A stretch of 53,584 nucleotides of DNA from Patescibacteria group bacterium (GTDB lineage Bacteria > Patescibacteriota > Patescibacteriia > JAGVFQ01), in contig JAGVFQ010000057.1 of assembly GCA_020057505.1 (NCBI GenBank), positions 1 through 53,584 on the forward strand. The letters run 5' to 3'. The notes under the pieces were generated by a model, which ran no database searches, was not told the origin of the DNA, and worked only from the letters and a program-made list of their open reading frames with translations. Below, one piece after another: positions 36,492-44,600 of the stretch (positions are counted from its first letter, which is position 1; each line of letters begins with the position of its first letter). The translations under genes and the position numbers were made by a program.

Positions 36492-36987
36492 ACTATTTAA
36501 CAAAGTCCAGACCATGCTCAACGGAAACTTTATACCGAAGACGGAAAGCAAGGAATTCGCCTTCACTAAGCTTATCAGGTGCGGCTACTGCGGATCAGGC
36601 ATATCAGCCGATGAAAAATTCAAAAAACTCAAAGATGGTGGCACGAATCGCCACGTCTATTACTTTTGCACTAAAGCTAGAAATATCGATTGCAGCAATT
36701 CCCCTATCAATGAGCCAAGTCTGATTAATGAACTAGCTGAGTTGATGGACAAAGTAAATTTGGACGAACTTGAAGTGCGAGACCGAATTGAAAATGAGAT
36801 CGCGAGATTTAATAAGTTCAGAGCCGGCGTGCTGGGCTACAAGCAAGAAAAGAAAGCGATTGATATAGATGTGAGGAATTATGCCAAATACTTACTCAAA
36901 GAAGGAACCATTATGGAGAAACGAGAATTATTATCATGTCTTCAGAGTAAGTTATTCTTGAAAGATAGAAAGATTACACTGGAGTAA
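36492..36987 (+). pseudogene. C-terminal remnant of a large serine recombinase (Zn ribbon plus coiled coil)
   Basis: LFNKVQ, LIRCGYCG, HVYYFC...C; no catalytic or recombinase domain upstream. Confidence 0.75.
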
Positions 36988-37014
36988 AAAAATCGCCGAG
37001 AAGATCGGCGATTT
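36986..37014. terminator. Terminator between the recombinase remnant and the Rhs operon
   Basis: AAATCGCCGA/TCGGCGATTT with a T-run on the minus strand. Confidence 0.65.
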
Positions 37015-37062
37015 AGTGATGTGAATATAATTTTTAATTTTACGGGTTAGTTTTTTAAGTAA

Positions 37063-37362
37063 CTAATCGCCAATCAATCTTATATAGGTATGTTGTTCGA
37101 TTTGCTTCATAAATTCAATTATATCTTTTATTTCCGATTCTAGACTCTTGTTTAGCCTAGCAAGTTCTTCTAACTCATTTATAACGTGAGGAACCTGATA
37201 AAGATTGAACATTGTCAAACCATAAGGATCAATACTCCAAAGCCATGGAAATTTTTCTTTGCTATCGTTTGGTAATTCCTTAATAATTTCAGCTAAATTA
37301 ATTTCTATTTTTCTTATCAATCCCCCGCCCTCTCCCTCCAATCGAATTCCGATGTGTTGCAT
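37063..37362 (-). CDS. Putative immunity protein for Rhs cassette 3
   Basis: Small acidic ORF immediately after the toxin C-terminus; LWSIDPYG..FN..Q, ends IGD. Confidence 0.72.
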   Translation of the reverse strand: MQHIGIRLEGEGGGLIRKIEINLAEIIKELPNDSKEKFPWLWSIDPYGLTMFNLYQVPHVINELEELARLNKSLESEIKDIIEFMKQIEQHTYIRLIGD

Positions 37363-37388
37363 ATTGTTTTTAAATTAAATAATTATTT

Positions 37389-38765
37389 TCATGGAAATGT
37401 AGTAACTAAATCTCCTAACTTATTAGTTACAACTGTATAAATCGAAGTAAAAGATTGGGAATTTCGATCCCAACCAATTGCCTTACCAGCATCAATAGTC
37501 CTAATAAAATTTCCATTACTTTGTAAGGTCGTTGCCGCATTTTTAGCCTGCTCAAGCAAATTTGGTATATCTTTAAAATTCATAAAGAAACTCTTATTTT
37601 CTTGTAGAGTTATAGAACTATCCAAGGAATGGTACTTCTGAATGTGCAACATCCCTTTTGAAGTTATATTTATTATAGAATTTGCAGCTTTCTGAATTTT
37701 ATCTTCCTGAGTTGCAGCCACTGTACCTCCGGCAGTCGTTACGGTCGCAGCTGCACCGCCGCACAATATTCCACAAGTAATACTTCCGCCAGCTGCTACA
37801 ACGCCTCCAGCTACAAGCGCTCCTCCGACTACGCCCATTACCGCTCCAGTCTGGTATGGATGATCCATAGCATATCGAGCAACAGAGTTATTGTCATACA
37901 AATTATTAGCCCAATTACCAAGTTTAATCGTATTTCTTTCACTAATAATATATTCCACCCATTCACCATTAGAATCAATAGCTATCAGCGGATTATTCTT
38001 CACATAGCTATAGCTGTTTAAATTTTGCGGATCAGATAAATATTGCTGTAATTCTTGGTCGGTAATCTGCTTTATCTTATTTTTATCCCCCACCGCCAAA
38101 TACGCCGGATCCTCACTCACAAACCTGCCAATTTTCCCATTGTAATATCTCGCCCCGTAATAGTACAAATTCGTTTCCTCATCCAATTCCTTGCCAGTAT
38201 ATTTGTGGTTAGCTTCGTAGCTAGAAGTCTTCTCATCCAACCTCACCGAACCAAAAGGATAATAATCCAAGGATTCAACAATCTGTCCGGTTGTATTGGT
38301 TTCGATCGAGGAACTGCCGAGTTGATCAGAATGGTTGTAATAGATAGTACCATTTTTAATCGTGGCAATATTCGTATCGCCAAGATAGATGCGATCGCGG
38401 AAAATACCATTTTCTTTCTCGGTATATTGATTGGGATAATATGTTTTAATGGTTGAGCTAGCAGCGACTGCCTTTAAAATCCTCTGACCATTTTCATCGT
38501 AGGTATAATTCACTGACTTGCCTGTTTTAATCGATCTCAAAAGCTGATTCTTGTAATTCCAGGAATAATTAAAAATACTATCCGAAATTAGATTGCCTGA
38601 ATTGTCATAGCCAAAAACTTGCGCGCCAGCTTTAGTCACCGCATCAGGGTTGGCGTAAGTCGCGGCCCAAGTGAGAGAGCTGCTGCCATCATAAATATAT
38701 TTACCCACGTCAGATTTGTTTAAGATATTACCAAGAGCGTCGTAGGAATATGATTTCACTATCAA
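37389..38765 (-). CDS. Orphan Rhs cassette 3 (long core fragment plus C-terminal nuclease-like toxin)
   Basis: Near-copy of the main Rhs from YSYDALGNIL to FVSEDPAY; NPLIAIDSNG cleavage motif; CT with HI..YH, KSFF, VTTFP. TTG start only, probably silent. Confidence 0.8.
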   Translation of the reverse strand: MIVKSYSYDALGNILNKSDVGKYIYDGSSSLTWAATYANPDAVTKAGAQVFGYDNSGNLISDSIFNYSWNYKNQLLRSIKTGKSVNYTYDENGQRILKAVAASSTIKTYYPNQYTEKENGIFRDRIYLGDTNIATIKNGTIYYNHSDQLGSSSIETNTTGQIVESLDYYPFGSVRLDEKTSSYEANHKYTGKELDEETNLYYYGARYYNGKIGRFVSEDPAYLAVGDKNKIKQITDQELQQYLSDPQNLNSYSYVKNNPLIAIDSNGEWVEYIISERNTIKLGNWANNLYDNNSVARYAMDHPYQTGAVMGVVGGALVAGGVVAAGGSITCGILCGGAAATVTTAGGTVAATQEDKIQKAANSIINITSKGMLHIQKYHSLDSSITLQENKSFFMNFKDIPNLLEQAKNAATTLQSNGNFIRTIDAGKAIGWDRNSQSFTSIYTVVTNKLGDLVTTFP

Positions 38766-38767
38766 AA

Positions 38768-39136
38768 TTAAATATATTTTTCTGCTTCATTAAACGCCCA
38801 TAAGGCCTTACCTTTTAAAAGTTGCCGCGAAACTTCTATTGCCTTATATGACTCAGCCAAGGTTTCAAATATATCTATAATTATAAGATCTGTGGTATCT
38901 TTATCGTTTTTTTGTTCATTAAATTGTTCATTAAGGAATAAATAAAATTTTTGAATTACTTTATCATTGATTGGATAATTTTCAACTCTTTCTTTTAAAA
39001 ATCGGCCAAAAACACCCAACAACATTTTTTTTTCACTAACATCTGTAATATCAAACACGTTATAGTCCCCGTATTGCTTAAATTCTGGTATCAGCTTAAC
39101 TATTTCATCAATAATATTATCTAAAGTTATTTTCAT
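38768..39136 (-). CDS. Putative immunity protein for Rhs cassette 2
   Basis: ATGA overlap with the toxin stop; small, helical, AT-rich. Confidence 0.75.
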   Translation of the reverse strand: MKITLDNIIDEIVKLIPEFKQYGDYNVFDITDVSEKKMLLGVFGRFLKERVENYPINDKVIQKFYLFLNEQFNEQKNDKDTTDLIIIDIFETLAESYKAIEVSRQLLKGKALWAFNEAEKYI

Positions 39137-40176
39137 TTAATAGCACCTCCCTTCAAAGCATCTTTAATACTATCTGCCAACCATTCAGCTTTTTGTCTGT
39201 CATTATTAGACAAACTATTTTTCAATAATTTGTTTAAACCATTAGAAATTTCTTTAATTTTTATTGCATGATCAGTTCCACCAACTAATTCACCAGTTTT
39301 TGCTGTATACTTAAATGCATCTATAGCTCCACCATCACCAATAATATTTCCAGATTTATGTTGTTTAAAAAGATCCTTTATATAATTAATCAATTTGGGA
39401 TTCTCAACTCCTTGCAATAAATTATCTCTTCTAGTTCCTAATAATTTCGATGCCGATGCTCCAACGCCTTTTGTTAATTTTTCTGCATCACCTGCCTTAT
39501 CAGCAACTCTTGCAACTCTCGCCACAGCGCCCAATCCGACTACGCCGGGGATAGCCGCGCTTCCAACATCTAGACCCAGACTAGCTGCTTCGCCTTTTGT
39601 GTCTCCTCCAGTAAAAATAGATTGCCCTAATTTGTATAAATCATATCCAATAAATCCCGCATCTACAACAATATCAAACCACTTTCCTTTTTCATCGACA
39701 TATTTTAGCGGATTATTAATCGTATATGAATACGAATTAAGGTTTTGGGAATTTTGGAGATATTTATCTAATCTTAATCCTGTTTCTTCTTCAAGTCTTT
39801 TATTATCCCCCACCGCCAAATACGCCGGATCCTCGCTCACAAACCTTCCAATCTTTCCATTGTAGTATCTCGCTCCATAATAATACAAATTCGTTTCCTC
39901 ATCCAATTCCTTACTGGTATATTTATGATTATCCTCATAACTTGAAGTCTTCTCATCCAATCTCACTGATCCAAAGGGATAATAATCCAAGGACTCAACA
40001 ATCTGCCCGGCTGCGTTGGTTTCAATTGAGGAACTGCCGAGCTGATCAGCGTGGTTGAATATAGTACTATTTATACTGTTAATAGCGAAGACAGAAGAAA
40101 AAGGAGAAAATAAAAATAATAAAAACAGTAATAGAGCTACTGCTTTTATGAAAAAGGTTTTAGTGGGCAGAATCAT
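39133..40176 (-). CDS. Rhs cassette 2: signal peptide plus short Rhs core plus helical toxin domain
   Basis: MILPTKTFFIKAVALLLFLLFLFSPFSSVFA, then HADQLGSS...YYGARYY...NPLKYVDEKG, then a distinct CT. Confidence 0.8.
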   Translation of the reverse strand: MILPTKTFFIKAVALLLFLLFLFSPFSSVFAINSINSTIFNHADQLGSSSIETNAAGQIVESLDYYPFGSVRLDEKTSSYEDNHKYTSKELDEETNLYYYGARYYNGKIGRFVSEDPAYLAVGDNKRLEEETGLRLDKYLQNSQNLNSYSYTINNPLKYVDEKGKWFDIVVDAGFIGYDLYKLGQSIFTGGDTKGEAASLGLDVGSAAIPGVVGLGAVARVARVADKAGDAEKLTKGVGASASKLLGTRRDNLLQGVENPKLINYIKDLFKQHKSGNIIGDGGAIDAFKYTAKTGELVGGTDHAIKIKEISNGLNKLLKNSLSNNDRQKAEWLADSIKDALKGGAIK

Positions 40177-40186
40177 TTTACAACAG

Positions 40187-40462
40187 TTAACGATATTCTT
40201 CGGGAATATTTTTAAGTTGCTCTTCTAGAGACCAATTTTCGGTTTTATATTCTGGGTCATGCCACTTAGCTCCTGATTCTATCCATTTTTTACGCCAACT
40301 TTTAACACCTTCTAATGTTGCGTCGCCATACCCAAATTCAACTCCGCAACAAAAACAAAAATCATAGGTTGGCGATTCTCCATCTTCTCCCCATGGAAAA
40401 TACTCTTCTGAATATAATCCACATACTCTACAAATTTTTAATTTATTTTTTGAGTTGTTCAT
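40187..40462 (-). CDS. Putative Cys-rich immunity protein for Rhs cassette 1
   Basis: CRVCG...CFCCGVEFGY...WRKKW...W; overlaps the toxin stop. Confidence 0.78.
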   Translation of the reverse strand: MNNSKNKLKICRVCGLYSEEYFPWGEDGESPTYDFCFCCGVEFGYGDATLEGVKSWRKKWIESGAKWHDPEYKTENWSLEEQLKNIPEEYR

Positions 40463-41340
40463 AATAATATTCTAAATTAGTTTTATAACCATGTATAGAT
40501 GGATCCGGTTTGAACATTGTTTTAGGAACTTCATTTTTATCCATTATACCTAATATGTTATTTTTTACATCATAGATTAGCTTATCACCATTTTTCCTAA
40601 AACCACTTAACACATCTGCGGAATAATTTTTAAAGAAATTATAGGTGCCTTCAACATATTCTTTAGCGTTTCTAAACTGAGAAAAATCACTTTTATGATT
40701 ATTCCAATGCTCGAAAGCATTTTTAATTGAATCCCCATACCGCCCTAAACTCCATATTGGTTTGGAAGCATCCCTAACCGAATCTCCAATTTTAACTATT
40801 TTCCCTGCTGGTGGTATTTCACCCGCGGTAACTACTCCGATTGCCGCCATGCCATAATTATTATTTTGCGCGTCTTGTCCGGCTTGCACTAAGCTATACT
40901 GTCCGATAGGGGTAGTAAGAGACTGAAAGAAGGAATTAATTTGTGGGGTATATATTGCAAAGGTTATAAATACTACAGCTGCTACTGCTTGCAGAAAATT
41001 CCCATCGGGATCGCGGTATAATAATGGGTTATTTCTTGCGTATATATAATAATTCAATAATTGTGGATCAAGTAATAACTGTCGTAATTCAAGTTTAGTC
41101 AACTCTCTAAGTTTGGTACTATCCCCTATCGCAAGAGATGTTGGATCTTGTGATATAAACCTGCCAATCTTCCCATTGTAATATCTCGCTCCATAATAAT
41201 ACAAATTCGTTTCCTCATCTAATTCCTTACCCGTATACTTATGGTTATCCTCATAACCTGAAGTCTTCTCATCCAATCTCACTGATCCAAAGGGATAATA
41301 ATCCAAAGATTCGACGATCTGCCCGGTCGCGTTGGTTTCA
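40443..41340 (-). CDS. Orphan Rhs cassette 1 (short core plus RNase-like toxin), probably silent
   Basis: Core homology starts at IETNA (about 41340); no ATG (TTG at 41306). NPLLYRDPDG; CT with EHWNNH...TMFKP. Confidence 0.78.
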
Positions 41341-41658
41341 ATTATGAAACTTTTCTAGTCTATCTATTAATAATTTTACATCTTCTCTATCAATATTATC
41401 ATACAAAGCCTCTAAATCTATATTCTCGAAATAAAGCAATTCCAGGGCGTTAATAATAATTCCTAAATCATTTAGATCGATCTCTCGATTATTTTTTTCC
41501 AATTTATCATCAACATTTTTATACTCTAGAGAAGAGTATAATATTTTAATTTTATCTGGCCTATATGGATAACCCCAAGCATCGATTAGGCTTCTTCTAA
41601 TAATATAACTTTCATCTTTTGACAATCCCTTAATATAATCATCTTTCAATTCAATCAT
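41338..41658 (-). CDS. Putative immunity protein for the full-length Rhs
   Basis: ATGA overlap with the Rhs stop; small and acidic. Confidence 0.78.
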   Translation of the reverse strand: MIELKDDYIKGLSKDESYIIRRSLIDAWGYPYRPDKIKILYSSLEYKNVDDKLEKNNREIDLNDLGIIINALELLYFENIDLEALYDNIDREDVKLLIDRLEKFHN

Positions 41659-44600
41659 TTTAATACACCCCCTCTCTCAATATCCTTTTTTATTGATTCA
41701 TCTAAATAATTTATGCCTTTATCTGGCTGAAATATTGTTGGTTGTTTTGGATTATCAATAAATAAATCATTGGTTTTTGAGTTATAGTAATATGTTTTAG
41801 AAACTTTTCCGCCAATTTCAATTTTTATATCCGCATTAACTCTAGTTTGTTTTACTAAATCTTCGAGTTGAGATTTTGATAAATTAGGATAATGTTTTTG
41901 AGCATGTTCAACTGCTCTTAAATCATTATTTTTATTAAATTTAGTCTTCGACATCAGCATTTCCCCCGTCGACATCGTCGCGCCAGCTACTCCAGCCTCA
42001 ATCCCCATCACCCCAACCGCTAAATCATTCATATCATTGCCGGTTTTGTAATCGCCTTTTGAATATGAATAAACTGATCCGCCCATTAATGGTGCGCTAA
42101 TAGCCAGAGTTGCGGCTGCAGAAAAAGTAACCACGGCCGGCACCCACACTGGCGCATAAACCGCGACATAAACAGCAATTGGAATTAAAAAAGCAAAATT
42201 ACCAGTCTTGTCTATATAGATTAATGGATTGTTCGTGGCGTACGAATAACTATTTTGCGCCTGAGGATTTGAAAGATAGGTTTTTAAATCCAAACCAGTC
42301 TTGCTCTTTAATTGGCCTGCATTTCCTACCGCCGAATACGCCGGATCAACACTCACAAACCTGCCAATCTTCCCATTGTAATACCTCGCCCCGTAATAAT
42401 ACAAATTCGTCTCTTCATCCAATTCCTTGCCCGTGTATTTGTGGTTATCTTCGTAAGTTGAAGTCTTCTCGTCTAATCTCACTGATCCAAAAGGATAATA
42501 ATCCAAAGATTCGACAATCTGTCCGGCTGCGTTGGTTTCAATTGAGGAACTGCCAAGCTGATCGGAATGGCTGTAATAGATGACATTGTTTTTAATCGTG
42601 GCAATATTTGTATCGCCAAGATAGATTCGATCGCGGGAAATACCATTTTCTTTTTCGGTATATTGATTGGGATAATACGTTTTAATAGTTGAACCAACAG
42701 TGACTGATTTTAAAATCCTCTGACCATTTTCATCATAAGCGTAGCTCACTGCCTTACCTATTTTATTTGAACTCAAAAGCTCGTTCTTGTAATTCCAAGA
42801 GTAATTAAAGATACCATCTGAAATTAGATTGCCCGAATTGTCATAGCCAAAGACTTGCGCGCCAGCTTTAGTCACTGCATCAGGATTGGTATAAGTTGCA
42901 GCCCAAGTCGCCGAGCTGCTGCCGTCATAAACATATTTACCCACGTCGGACTTGTTTAAAATATTACCCAAAGCATCGTAACTGTAGGCTTGCGTGTAGT
43001 TTTTGCCGTTCGCCGCAAAGGTGATAGTCGCCTTAGTCAAACGATAAAGATCATCGTAAGTATAATCTGCTTCTTTGGCGAGATTCCCGGCCGACTTGTC
43101 GGAGATATGCGTGACATTGCCGACAGCGTCATAAGTATAGGTAAGATCTTGAATTTTTACGCTGTTTGCTCCAGTAGATTTGTTAATGAGTCGATACATC
43201 TGATTGCGGTCATAAATATTCGTGGTAATGGCGCCATTCCCCATTTCAATCCTCTTGATTTGGCCATTGACCTCATAATCAACTGACTTCAAAATATCAA
43301 CGTTGGTAACCGGGTTCGCAATCTTTTCAATCTGGCCGGCATTATTCAAAACATATTTGATTTGGGAATTATCGGGATATTTGATTGAAACTAGATTATT
43401 TAAGCTGTCGTAGGAATAGGTTGTGGTGAAAGTCTGGCCGTAGCTTAAAGGACTGGACACGGACTTATCAGTCTTGAAGACTTCTTTTAACTTTCGGCCG
43501 GCGATGTCATAGGTATAGTTCTTTTCATAGGTGGAGTTTGAAGCCTTAGTTAATCGCCCGATGCCATTAATACCGGCATCATAAACATAGGTCAGTTGTC
43601 TAGTTAAAGTATTATCCGCGTTCACAATATTCTCTGAAGTCAGCCGATCGAGAACATCGTAAGTGTATCTGACTTTGAGACCGCGAGGATCAATTGTCTG
43701 TGTTAGATTATTATTCTTGTCGTAGCTCTTAGTTCCGACGCCGAAAGTCAGATCCGCTGGATTGTGCAGATCCTCTTCTCTGGTTTTCCGACCGAGGAGA
43801 TCGTAAGAGAACTTGCGGATATTGCCTCGGGCATCAGTAATCTTAGTGAGATAGTTTAATTGGTTGTAAATATATGCTGTGTTTTTCGCCACGCCAGCCA
43901 AGAATTCCGTCACTTTGATGAGATTGTTTCTCGCATCGAAGTAGAAAATCTTTTGTTTGGCATTGGGATCAGTGATCGTCTTATTCCACTGATCATAACT
44001 AAAGCTTGTGCTGCCTAAACTATTTGATATTTTGGTCACGCGTCCGAGCGCATCATAAGCATAAGTATTATTAGGGTCATTTTGATCAATTGATTCAAAA
44101 TCAAGCGTTAAAGAAAACTCGGGCAGGAATTCTTTAGCTAAAAATCCACGCTCATTGTAGCTTAGATTGTTGGCGACAAAGAGTCCATTCTCGGCTTTGG
44201 CTTTAGTTTGAATCGTTCGACCCAGACCGTCAACATATGTTTTCTTGGTGATTTCAATCAACTGACCGTTGTTGTCATTTTGATTAGGGTAAAATTTTTC
44301 CGTAACGCTCGTAGGAAAATTAATATCATTGTATTCATATCTTTTGGTTTCAATCAATTGGGCAGTATTGCTTGGATTGGTGATTAATTCTTTAACCGGC
44401 CGATTGAGAGCATCATAGACTTTTTGAGTTTTAAAATTGTTGGGATCAATTATCTCTATTGGTTCGCCCGTGAAGTAATCGTAAGTAGAAGTTGTGATTT
44501 GATTTTTAGGGTTCACGATTTGGGCGGGATAGAGATTGTAGGCATCGTAGCTAACGCTCGTTTTAAACCCGCGCGGATTGGTAGAGCTTATGGGCAAGCC

